Origin: Gammaproteobacteria bacterium
Lineage (GTDB): Bacteria; Pseudomonadota; Gammaproteobacteria; Steroidobacterales; Woeseiaceae
Assembly: GCA_009937525.1 (NCBI GenBank)
Contig: JAACFE010000029.1
Span: 1,778-25,777, forward strand
Reading direction: 5' to 3'
Length of the DNA stretch: 24,000 nucleotides
Shown here: in pieces, positions 7,929 through 16,865 of the stretch
Layout of the letters: each line of letters starts with the position of its first letter
How positions within the stretch are numbered: position 1 is the first letter of the stretch
Program-made: the position numbers and the translations under genes
Notes under the pieces: generated by a model
What the model was told of the DNA's origin: nothing
Database searches by the model: none
What the model saw: only the letters and a program-made list of their open reading frames with translations

Positions 7929-7951
7929 GGGGCCGGACGTTTGCCGGCCCC
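7929..7951 (-). terminator. intrinsic-terminator-like hairpin between the Asp-Arg-repeat gene and the OMP gene
   Basis: The minus strand reads GGGGCCGG-caaacgt-CCGGCCCC followed by CTTTTCCC. It starts 33 nt after the stop at 7984 and ends 19 nt before the OMP ATG at 7909. Confidence 0.5.
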
Positions 7952-7983
7952 AGTCAAGAGGTTACCGAATACGGGGGACGGGA

Positions 7984-8631
7984 TTATTCGGCCTCCTCTA
8001 TGTCGAGCTTGAGGGCTTTTGCCCTAAGCTCCATTTGCTCACGATGCTGTGCCTGAAACTTTTCGCGTTCCTTTTCCGAGTCCATGTGGCGCAGCTGTTC
8101 GCGATACTGATTTCGCTCCTGCACAGTCATTAGTCCGCTGCCATAAATGGCTCCCTGGCCGGGAGGCACGAGGTCCTCACCCTGCAATTGCGCACGTTCC
8201 TGCATCTTTGATTCATGCTGAATCTGGAAGTGTTCGCGAGCCTGGTTGGTCTCCATATTCATGAGCTGATTACGATATTGCTTCAGCTCTTCTTCGCTCA
8301 TCAACGTGCTGCCGTAGATGTCTTCGTCCCGCAGGCTCGCCGGGTCGGTGACATGCAGACGGTCACGATCCTGGACGCGGTCCCGGTCCTGGTCCTGATC
8401 GTGTCCCCTAGACTGATCGCGATCGCGATCCTTGGAGTCGGCCATTGTGTAGTCCCTGTCACGATCCCGGTCCTGGTCCATATCGCGGTCGTAGGTGTAG
8501 TCACGATCCTGATCCATCTGTCGGTCACGGTCACCGCTTCCACCGCTCTGTCCGTGCTGTGCGCCAACGGCCATGAACATGAGCGCCACTATCGACGTCA
8601 GGATGATGCTGATAGATAGTCTGTGTCTCAT
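7984..8631 (-). CDS. periplasmic protein with an Asp-Arg (DRDRDQ) low-complexity region and two tandem helical modules of about 46 aa
   Basis: AAGGAGG upstream of the ATG at 8631. Signal peptide MRHRLSISIILTSIVALMFMAVGA/QHGQSGG. Residues 33-91 are almost entirely D, R and Q. Two repeats, IYGSTLMSEEELKQYRNQL...FQIQHESKMQERA and IYGSGLMTVQERNQYREQL...FQAQHREQMELRA, match at 22 of 46 positions in my hand alignment. Confidence 0.8.
   Translation of the reverse strand: MRHRLSISIILTSIVALMFMAVGAQHGQSGGSGDRDRQMDQDRDYTYDRDMDQDRDRDRDYTMADSKDRDRDQSRGHDQDQDRDRVQDRDRLHVTDPASLRDEDIYGSTLMSEEELKQYRNQLMNMETNQAREHFQIQHESKMQERAQLQGEDLVPPGQGAIYGSGLMTVQERNQYREQLRHMDSEKEREKFQAQHREQMELRAKALKLDIEEAE
8359..8535 (-). 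repeat. coding low-complexity repeat (imperfect GTCRCGATCCYGGTCC-like units encoding DRDRDQDRD)
   Basis: Recurring strings on the plus strand: gtcacgatcctgg (8362), gtcccggtcctggtcctgatc (8380), gatcgcgatcgcgatcc (8415), gtcacgatcccggtcctggtcc (8458), gtcacgatcctgatcc (8500). Confidence 0.7.
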
Positions 8632-8739
8632 TCTCCGATCCTCCTTTAATCATTCGTGCTCCTGATCGCGCTCTCCAGACGCTTTGTGGCAGTATCGAAT
8701 GGAGATTGTCGACCCATGGTAGGAATGTGCAGTGAATAT

Positions 8740-8787
8740 GTTTCCGGCCAATTTCCGAAATGCCTGAATTTGTTACAGACTGTTTCC
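8740..8787 (-). promoter_or_regulatory. copy 3 of the 48-bp operator, facing the Asp-Arg-repeat gene that starts at 8631
   Basis: Plus strand: GTTTC cggcca ATTTC cgaaatgcctgaattt GTTACA gact GTTTCC. Offsets identical to the other copies. 108 nt separate it from the ATG at 8631. Its TTGTTA (8770-8775) with TATATG (8794-8799, 18-nt spacer) could also act as a plus-strand sigma70-like promoter for mtnA. Confidence 0.6.
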
Positions 8788-8824
8788 CTGCTCTATATGT
8801 CACCGCTAATATCGGACTAAACAC

Positions 8825-9954
<1,130 letters not shown>

Positions 9955-9958
<4 letters not shown>

Positions 9959-10554
9959 TCGACGAAGGCTATACAAAATACGAATGCGACTGGGTGCAGA
10001 CACCGGCCTTGCCGGTCGACGCTGTCGCGGAACTCAATGCGTGGCGCAACCGCTTGCATCAGCAAGGACTCATCGGCTACTACCCGGAGCACGGCGTCGG
10101 TTACGGCAACGTCAGCATCCGCGTGGGCGATTCGGACCGGTTCATCATCAGCGGCACGCAGACCGGCCACATTGAAGAGACCGATGAAACACACTACGGC
10201 CTGGTCGTCCGCTGCGACATCGGCGGCAACCGGGTGCACTGCGAAGGGCCGGTGCAGGCCTCATCCGAGGCCCTGACGCATGCTGCGATCTACGCGCTCG
10301 ATCCGGCGATTCGCGCCGTGGTCCACGTGCACGATATGGCCTTGTGGCACGAACTCATGGACAGAATCCCGACGACGTCGCGGCAGATTTCGTACGGCAC
10401 GCCGGAAATGGCGATCGAATTCCGTCGACTTTACGACGAGACCGATTTCGCGGCACGGGGCATTGCCGTCATGGGCGGTCACGAGGAAGGAATCGTTTCG
10501 TTCGGCCTCGACATCGAGCAGGCTGCGCAGCGCGTGCTGCAACGCCGGGACTGA
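9955..10554 (+). CDS. class II aldolase/adducin-fold protein (MtnB-like dehydratase or Ald2/DrdA-like aldolase; the sequence does not let me decide)
   Basis: The ATG at 9955 overlaps the mtnA stop (ATGA). GYGNVSIRVGDSDRFIISGTQTG...GPVQASSEALTHAAIYALDPAIRAVVHVHD fits the class II aldolase fold pattern: GN-S-R...ISG...PSSE...H..IY...AV.H.H. Confidence 0.85.
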
Positions 10555-10584
10555 GATTACTCCGCGCCGGGAATCGGCAAGGTG

Positions 10585-11451
10585 CTACAGGTACACCGCG
10601 GGTGTAACAACATGGGAGATACCAGCCTCGCGCAACCTTGCGGCAGCCCTTTCTACACCTGCCTTCGGCATCTTCTCCCACTCGAGTGCCTTCGGTCGGA
10701 CGCCGTGGTGCTGAAAAGCATTGAGCTTGACCCGAACGTCGCCGCCGAGCGTTCTGACGAAATTGATCAGTCCGTCGAGTTCTTCGTCGCTATCCGTTAC
10801 TCCGGGAACCAGCAGGAAACGCAGTTCGTAGAGTTTTCCAGCTTCGTGCAGAAAGCGAGCTGACTGCAGGCTCTTTTGGTGCCCTTTGCCCGTCAGGTTG
10901 CGGTGGACGTCGTCGTCAAAGCTCTTGATATCGATCATGACGCCGTCGGTAACCGGCAACAGCGACTCCCACCCGGCCGCGCCGAGATGACCGTTGCTGT
11001 CGATGAGGCAGTCGAGCCCTGCCAGCTCGGCGTCCGACTTGATCGCCTCGAACAGGGCGATGATGAACCCGATTTGCCTGGTCGGCTCACCGCCCGACAC
11101 CGTAACCCCGGACAGGAACGGCAAGTGCTCGCGGATCAGCTCGAGGATGTCGGATACCCTATATTCGCGGACCATCGGATTGGCGTCGATCGGGCAGGCT
11201 TCGAGACAGTCGTCGCACAGGTCGCAGGTCAGCGGGTCGAAGACGATCCGCCCGTCCACCAGCGACAGTGCGTCCGCGTGACAGGCTGGAACGCATTCAC
11301 CGCAGTGATTACACTCGCCGATGGTATGGGGATTGTGGCAGGCCGTGCAGTTGAAGTTACAACCCTGCAGGAAGATCACGAACCGGTTGCCCGGCCCGTC
11401 TACGATCGAATAGGCGAGTACCTTACTGACCGTAGCCCGGGGAGAGTTCAT
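10585..11451 (-). CDS. yjjW: glycyl-radical enzyme activating protein, YjjW family (radical SAM with two extra ferredoxin-type clusters)
   Basis: VDGPGNRFVIFLQGCNFNCTACHNP contains the CX3CX2C radical-SAM motif. It is followed by CNHCGECVPAC and CDLCDDCLEAC (two CX2CX2CX3C motifs) and by VTVSGGEP, the SAM-binding GGE. The gene overlaps the 3' end of the glycyl-radical enzyme gene by 29 nt. Confidence 0.9.
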   Translation of the reverse strand: MNSPRATVSKVLAYSIVDGPGNRFVIFLQGCNFNCTACHNPHTIGECNHCGECVPACHADALSLVDGRIVFDPLTCDLCDDCLEACPIDANPMVREYRVSDILELIREHLPFLSGVTVSGGEPTRQIGFIIALFEAIKSDAELAGLDCLIDSNGHLGAAGWESLLPVTDGVMIDIKSFDDDVHRNLTGKGHQKSLQSARFLHEAGKLYELRFLLVPGVTDSDEELDGLINFVRTLGGDVRVKLNAFQHHGVRPKALEWEKMPKAGVERAAARLREAGISHVVTPAVYL

Positions 11452-12958
11452 TGCCCACCACGCGTGGCTTCCGGTCGAGTATGCCGGTCATGTCGGCAGC
11501 TTCCGCCCCGAGCACTGTCGTGTTCGTGCGGGAGCCCTGTCGGTCGTTGAACTTCCGAATATCCGAAAGCCGGACCATGTAGCCGGTAACCCGCACGAGG
11601 TCGTTGCTGGCGACGTTCACCGTGAACTCGCGGAAGCCACTGGCAAAAGCGCCCTTGCACAACTGCACCAGCGCTTCCGGATTGTTCGTGACGCTCTCGT
11701 CCACCGTGAGTATCTCGCTGATCCCCGCATCGTAATACTGATGATGCGGCGCGAGCGCCTGCACGTGCGTCACCGGGTCCGGCTCGGTGCCATAGGGGAT
11801 GCGGACGCCGGGCGTCGCATCGACGTCGTCGCTGAGCCCCGCCTGCGAGTGCAGCAATGCGTGGCCACGCCAGACTTTGTCGAGACGCCGCTTGCGCACA
11901 GCCTTCGCGAGTGTTTCCGAGATCCTGTGGCCGAGCGCATTCGCTTCTTCATCGAATCCGTAGCGGCCATCGCGTCTTTCCTTGTCTTGCAGAACGTTGA
12001 CCGCTTCCGCCATGGCAAAGACGCCGAACATCGCGGTAAACCGTTCCTTCTCGATCCAGCCTTCCTTCACGAGGAAGCTGTCGAAGAATCCGGACCCGTC
12101 GAAGAGGTAGTCGATGCGCGCCTCAGTGAGACGGAAATTGAGTTCGAGGAAATAAGGCAGGGTGTCCTCGAAGAATTCCCGCTCGCTACCGGATCGGTTC
12201 GCGACTTCTTTCAGGTTGACGCGCGTAAGCGTGGATGCGCCTCCTGCCACCGGCAGCACGTTGTAACAGCTGACGATACCGTAGCCACGCGCGTCAAATG
12301 CATCGGCATGTACCACGTGGTTGGCGATGTGGGGCTTGCAGCACTCCGCGATATTCTTTCCGGCTATCACGAGAATCTCGTCGCCGCTGATCTCCGGGTC
12401 GTAGAGCAACGTGAGATTGGGTGCTATTTGCTTCAGCTCCGCGTCAACGCGCAGGATCGCGCGCGCGACGCGGTTGTCGGTCGGGCCGATGTTCGCGTGC
12501 ATGAACGCATCGGGCAATGTGCGGTCCAGGTAACGCCAGAAAAGCCTGATCTTCTCGTAAAGCGTCTCATCGCAAACGCCATCGCAGAACGGCAGCAGCA
12601 ACTCGTCGAGCTGGCCGATATAGACGGGCATGCCTGTCACCGACGGGACGTGGTGGTAAGCGATCATCAGGGTGTTGATAGCTTCGTCGAGCGTGACAGG
12701 TAGCGGCAACTCCAGGTACTCGCTGCCGTTTCGCATCAGAACGCTGTAATCCGGCAGAACATAGCGTGGCTTGTACGGTGCATGGCCTTCGAACATGTCG
12801 CAGATAACCCGCTCATCGAGTGCTTTTTGGGTTTCGGCATCGAGAGCCGGATAGCCCAGCATGTTCTCGGCTTCGAGCGATAGGTAGCGCGCTTTCTGCG
12901 CGGGGCTTAGCGTCGCGTCGTTAGTGATGCTGCGTAGCTTGCGGAGAGTGTCCTGCAT
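11423..12958 (-). CDS. yjjI: YjjI-family glycyl-radical enzyme (function unknown)
   Basis: ORF 11423..13102. I prefer the ATG at 12958 because GGAGCG lies 6 nt upstream. That start gives MQDTLRKLRSITNDATLSPAQKARYLSLEAENMLGYP. Length is 511 aa. The C-terminal glycyl-radical motif DLVRVTGYMVR has its Gly codon at 11582-11584. The gene is paired with a YjjW-type activase, as in E. coli yjjI-yjjW. Confidence 0.88.
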   Translation of the reverse strand: MQDTLRKLRSITNDATLSPAQKARYLSLEAENMLGYPALDAETQKALDERVICDMFEGHAPYKPRYVLPDYSVLMRNGSEYLELPLPVTLDEAINTLMIAYHHVPSVTGMPVYIGQLDELLLPFCDGVCDETLYEKIRLFWRYLDRTLPDAFMHANIGPTDNRVARAILRVDAELKQIAPNLTLLYDPEISGDEILVIAGKNIAECCKPHIANHVVHADAFDARGYGIVSCYNVLPVAGGASTLTRVNLKEVANRSGSEREFFEDTLPYFLELNFRLTEARIDYLFDGSGFFDSFLVKEGWIEKERFTAMFGVFAMAEAVNVLQDKERRDGRYGFDEEANALGHRISETLAKAVRKRRLDKVWRGHALLHSQAGLSDDVDATPGVRIPYGTEPDPVTHVQALAPHHQYYDAGISEILTVDESVTNNPEALVQLCKGAFASGFREFTVNVASNDLVRVTGYMVRLSDIRKFNDRQGSRTNTTVLGAEAADMTGILDRKPRVVGNELSPGYGQ

Positions 12959-13071
12959 GGTGTCGCTCCGGTGCGTGGTGCCGACCATCTCTATTCTAGC
13001 TGAAATCCGAAACAGATCGGTTCGCCAGCTCGCGCTATCATCGGGTCTCCCTGCCTGCACCGGAGAGCACC

Positions 13072-13893
13072 ATGTGCCGCTGGATCGCCTACTCGGGTAC
13101 ACCCATCTATCTCAACGAAGCCGTGTTCGAACCGGAACATTCTCTGATCGTTCAGAGTCTCAGCGCGAAGTCCAGCGAAACGACCACCAACGGTGACGGC
13201 TTCGGCATCGGCTGGTACAACGACAGGGAGTTTCCCGGCGTGTTCAAGGACGTCAGGCCCGCATGGAACGACGGCAACCTGCTCGCGCTTTCGCAGCAGA
13301 TCAAGGCGTCGCTATTCCTGGCTCACATCCGCGCAGCGACCGTCGGTTCCGTCCAGCGCAGCAATTGCCACCCGTTTTCCCATGAGAACTGGCTATTCGT
13401 GCACAACGGCGCGATCGAGGGTTACGAGCGGATGCGGCGGGACCTGATGTTCGCCATCGCGCCGGAACTTTTCAATTTCGTCGAAGGCACGACCGATTCC
13501 GAGATCATGTTCTACCTGGCCCTGACTTTCGGCATGGCCGGTGACGTCGCCAGCGGTATCGCCCGTATGGCCGGATTTGTCGAGATGCTCGGCGAGCAGA
13601 ACGGCATCGAGCACCCCTTGCAGATGTCGCTCGGCATCAGTGACGGCAAAAACCTCTACGCCGTGCGGTATTCGAGCGCCCGTGAATCCCGTTCGCTGTT
13701 CCACAGCAAGGATGTGGAGGCGTTGCAGGACGTGACACCGGAGGCCGACCGGGTCTCGTCGAAGACCTGCGCGATTGTCTCCGAACCCCTGACCGGCCTT
13801 GTCGATGCCTGGCAGGAAGTGCCCGAGTCGAGCTTCCTGACCATCGCCAGGGGCAAGGTTCATCTCGAAGAATTCGTGCCGCGCCGGCCCTGA
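13072..13893 (+). CDS. class II (Ntn-type) glutamine amidotransferase, stand-alone (YafJ/EgtC-like)
   Basis: MCRWIAYSGTPI gives an N-terminal nucleophile Cys2. NGDGFGIGWY, AHIRAATVGSVQRSNCHPF and WLFVHNGAIEGY are typical class II GATase blocks. GGAGAG lies upstream of the ATG. Confidence 0.85.
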   Translation: MCRWIAYSGTPIYLNEAVFEPEHSLIVQSLSAKSSETTTNGDGFGIGWYNDREFPGVFKDVRPAWNDGNLLALSQQIKASLFLAHIRAATVGSVQRSNCHPFSHENWLFVHNGAIEGYERMRRDLMFAIAPELFNFVEGTTDSEIMFYLALTFGMAGDVASGIARMAGFVEMLGEQNGIEHPLQMSLGISDGKNLYAVRYSSARESRSLFHSKDVEALQDVTPEADRVSSKTCAIVSEPLTGLVDAWQEVPESSFLTIARGKVHLEEFVPRRP

Positions 13894-13988
13894 CCGTGTG
13901 ACATTCAGATACAAGCCGTTACGAATTTGTCACCCCGCCCTCACCCCACCTCGCTAGTCTCTCGCTCTTCGGAGAGGTGTAAGCGGTC

Positions 13989-16376
13989 ATGAGAACAAGG
14001 ACTATCGCCTGCGTCGCGGCCGGCATTTTCGCGTTCCTGCTGGCGCCGGTATCGACGGCCGACGCCAGCGAAACGGGGATCGAGATTCGGGTCATCAGCG
14101 CGGAGACGCGGCGCGCGCTCGAGGGCGTCGAGGTTGCCATCACCGCCAGGGACGGCGAGACGTCCGCGGCGACGACGAACAGCGAGGGCGTCGCGCGCAT
14201 CGTGGATCTCGATCCTGGACTGTATGCGCTGAACGCCACGGGCAGCGGTTTGGTCGAGGCACTGGAACCGAGCGTCCGGGTCGTTGCGCGCAGCACCACG
14301 CCGGTCCGTCTCGAGATGATGCCCGTCGACGAGGGTCTCGACGAGGTCGTCGTGGTGGCACGCGCGGTGCAGGCGGACCCGCACGGCGCCGTCAGTTCTA
14401 CCTTTCTCAATCGCGAGGAACTCCGTAGCGCCGTTGGCGCCGGCAGCGACGTGATGCGAGCACTGGACGGGCTGCCCGGCCTCGTTTCCACCGGCGATTT
14501 CGCCAACTTTTCGGTACGCGGGCGCGGCCCGCGCGACAACCTGATCTTCGTCGACGGACTGCCCTTCGACAAGGTCGTGCACTTCGACCAGACCCTCGGC
14601 GAGGAAGAGGATATCGGCGGCGGCGGCCGGTTCTCCATATTCGCGCCCAACTCGATCGAGGGTGCGGAGTTCTCGCCCGGCGGCTGGAGCGCCGCCTACT
14701 CGGGCCGTTCCGGCTCACTGCTGCAGCTCGACGTCGTCGGCGGCAGCCCGACGCCGAGTGCAAGTCTGCGAATCGACATCGCGGGCTTCGAGCTCGGTTA
14801 CGACGGACCGAGTGGCTTCCATGACGACACGACCCTGTTCCTGACCGCGCGCAGTTTCGACTTTGGCCGTGTTTTCGACATCATCGGCGAGAAAGATATC
14901 GGTCAGCCCGAACTTTCCGACTTCATCCTGAAAACCGTCACCGAAGTCGACAGCCGCAACAGTTTCGAGGTTCTCGCGATTGCCGCGCCGGAGTCGTACA
15001 GCCGCGATATCGATAACGTGCTCGAATCACCGAACTTCGAAGATGTCGCACTGCTCGAGTCGGAGCAGGATCTCGGCCTCCTCGGACTCACCTGGCGCCG
15101 TCTCGTCGGTGACACCGGCGAGTGGACCAACAGGCTCTATTTTCGCGGCAGCGACAAAACGAGTTCCGAGGGCGAGGCCTACCCGGACCTCGTGCCGGAG
15201 GGTACGCCGGCCGCAGCGATCCCCGTGCGGGAACGCCTGATCACGGTGGACGAAGAGGAAACGGAAATCGGCTGGCGCAGCGATTTCTCGTTCATCAACC
15301 GCTTCGGGCCCGCCAGCATGGGGCTCCGCGTCGTGCAGACCGATGTCGACTACTCGAGTATTCTGCGCGAGGACTGGATCCGTTACGTCTACCGCAGCAC
15401 CGATCCGCGCCCGCCGGGTCAGGACTTCATCGTGCTGACCCCGGAAAACGTAAACTCCGCATTCGCGGCGAAGGAAACGAACTACTCCGTCTACGCGGAG
15501 CAGATCTTCGAGTTCGGCCGCTGGGACGTTCGCGCAGGCTTGCGTTTCGACCGCGACGGTTTCGCCGACGAGTCGCTCGTATCGCCTCGCCTGGCCGCAA
15601 ACTGGCGGTATTCGCCCGCCACGCGGTTATCTGCGACCGCAGGCATCTTCTACCAGTCGCCACGATACCTCGTGCGCTCAGCCAATCCGGATAACTTCGA
15701 CATCTCGAACGAGAAGATCACGCACTTCAGCGTAGGGCTCGAACACGACTTCGGCCGCGACTGGCGACTGATCATCGAGCCCTACTACCAGCAGCTCGAC
15801 GGTCTCGTGGTCGCGGAGGGCCGGACCAGCGGCCGCGTGACCAATGACGGCGAAGGGGCGAACTACGGCGTCGACGTGGTGCTCTCGCGTTTCTTCGACA
15901 ACGGCTGGTCGGCTAACGCGACGTATTCCTACAACAATGCGCGTTACGACGACAACGACGGTAACGGCAAGTACGACGCCGATTTCAACCGGCCCAACTT
16001 CTTCTCGATCGGCGGCAGCTGGGAGATCAACGAGCGCTGGAAGGTCGGCACGCGCTGGAAGTGGGCCAACGGGCGCCCGACGGATGACTTCATAATCAAT
16101 GAAGACGTCCTCGGTCCGGGCCAGCCGCTGCGATATTCCAAGGAGTTGACGGAGCAGAATGCGCTGCGCCTGGAGGACTATCACTCGCTCAACATTCGCG
16201 TGGACTACCGGCAGCCGATCGGACCGGTGGACCTCGTCGCCTTCATCGACGTGATCAACGTTTACGGCGGGCCGGGGGCGAACTCGCAGGAGTTCGATCC
16301 GCGACGCGGCGTCATTATCGTCGACGACAACGAAGCGTTCCCGATCATCGGCATCATCTTCGAGAGGACCTGGTAG
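13989..16376 (+). CDS. TonB-dependent receptor with an N-terminal carboxypeptidase-regulatory-like domain
   Basis: Signal peptide MRTRTIACVAAGIFAFLLAPVSTADA/SE. IEIRVISAETRRALEGVEVAITARDGETSAATTNSEGVARIVDLDPGLYAL is CarboxypepD_reg-like. DEVVVVA is TonB-box-like. Plug blocks are DVMRALDGLPGLV, FSVRGRGPRDNLIFVDGLPF. A long beta-barrel follows, ending ...IIGIIFERTW with an aromatic C-terminus. Confidence 0.9.
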   Translation: MRTRTIACVAAGIFAFLLAPVSTADASETGIEIRVISAETRRALEGVEVAITARDGETSAATTNSEGVARIVDLDPGLYALNATGSGLVEALEPSVRVVARSTTPVRLEMMPVDEGLDEVVVVARAVQADPHGAVSSTFLNREELRSAVGAGSDVMRALDGLPGLVSTGDFANFSVRGRGPRDNLIFVDGLPFDKVVHFDQTLGEEEDIGGGGRFSIFAPNSIEGAEFSPGGWSAAYSGRSGSLLQLDVVGGSPTPSASLRIDIAGFELGYDGPSGFHDDTTLFLTARSFDFGRVFDIIGEKDIGQPELSDFILKTVTEVDSRNSFEVLAIAAPESYSRDIDNVLESPNFEDVALLESEQDLGLLGLTWRRLVGDTGEWTNRLYFRGSDKTSSEGEAYPDLVPEGTPAAAIPVRERLITVDEEETEIGWRSDFSFINRFGPASMGLRVVQTDVDYSSILREDWIRYVYRSTDPRPPGQDFIVLTPENVNSAFAAKETNYSVYAEQIFEFGRWDVRAGLRFDRDGFADESLVSPRLAANWRYSPATRLSATAGIFYQSPRYLVRSANPDNFDISNEKITHFSVGLEHDFGRDWRLIIEPYYQQLDGLVVAEGRTSGRVTNDGEGANYGVDVVLSRFFDNGWSANATYSYNNARYDDNDGNGKYDADFNRPNFFSIGGSWEINERWKVGTRWKWANGRPTDDFIINEDVLGPGQPLRYSKELTEQNALRLEDYHSLNIRVDYRQPIGPVDLVAFIDVINVYGGPGANSQEFDPRRGVIIVDDNEAFPIIGIIFERTW

Positions 16377-16469
16377 GCACGATCGTCCCTCCGCCAGGGG
16401 TCGTTGGCTTACCATCGATGCCCACCTGCCTCATTGGTGTAGCATTGTGTGAAGGGAGGGCGGCGTGCG

Positions 16470-16865
16470 ATGTCACTGATCGGCAATATCTTCTTTTTCG
16501 TCTTCGGCGGATTCCTGATTTTCGTCGGCTACCTTCTGGGCGGGATCGTGCTTTGCCTGACGATCATCGGTATTCCCTTCGGCATCCAGTGCTTCAAGCT
16601 CGCCGGCGGTGTCCTGGCGCCCTTCGGCCGCGAGGTGCGCGAGACCGAGCCGCCCGGCGGCGCGCTCGCGCTGATCATGAACATCATCTGGATCATTCTC
16701 CCGGGTCTCGAACTGGCGATCATGCATCTCCTCCTCGCCGCTTTCTTTGCATTGACGATCATCGGAATTCCGCTTGCCGCGCAGCACATCAAGCTCCTGC
16801 CGCTGGCGTTGTTACCCTTCGGCCGGGTCGTGCGCGACATCGAGACAGGACGGCAATTCCCATGA
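16470..16865 (+). CDS. yccF: YccF-family inner-membrane protein
   Basis: AAGGGAGGG lies 9 nt upstream of the ATG at 16470. Duplicated LTIIGIPFGIQCFKLAGGVLAPFGREV and LTIIGIPLAAQHIKLLPLALLPFGRVV motifs match the internal duplication I recall in E. coli YccF. Confidence 0.85.
   Translation: MSLIGNIFFFVFGGFLIFVGYLLGGIVLCLTIIGIPFGIQCFKLAGGVLAPFGREVRETEPPGGALALIMNIIWIILPGLELAIMHLLLAAFFALTIIGIPLAAQHIKLLPLALLPFGRVVRDIETGRQFP

Noticed and set aside
7961-7966. Isolated GTTAC-type words at 7961 (GGTTACCG), 19394 (TTGTTACGTC) and 1511 (in the hairpin loop).
   Set aside because: These are single half-sites without partners at the 10, 11 or 21 bp offsets, so they are expected by chance.
13002-13013. GAAATccGAAAC upstream of yjjI, superficially like the reverse complement of operator half-sites A and B.
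   Set aside because: The spacing is 7 bp rather than 11, and no GTTACA pair follows at the required distance.
13903-13934. Possible fifth operator copy or Pho-box-like direct repeat (GATACAagccGTTACGaatttGTCAC) about 55 nt upstream of the TonB-dependent receptor gene.
   Set aside because: Only one GTTAC-type pair is present and its spacing is 11 rather than 10. The GTTTC/RTTTC pair at the expected offsets is missing, and the polarity relative to the downstream gene is opposite to the four good copies. It matches the E. coli Pho-box consensus at 12 of 18 positions by hand, which is not convincing. A genome-wide matrix scan could revisit it.
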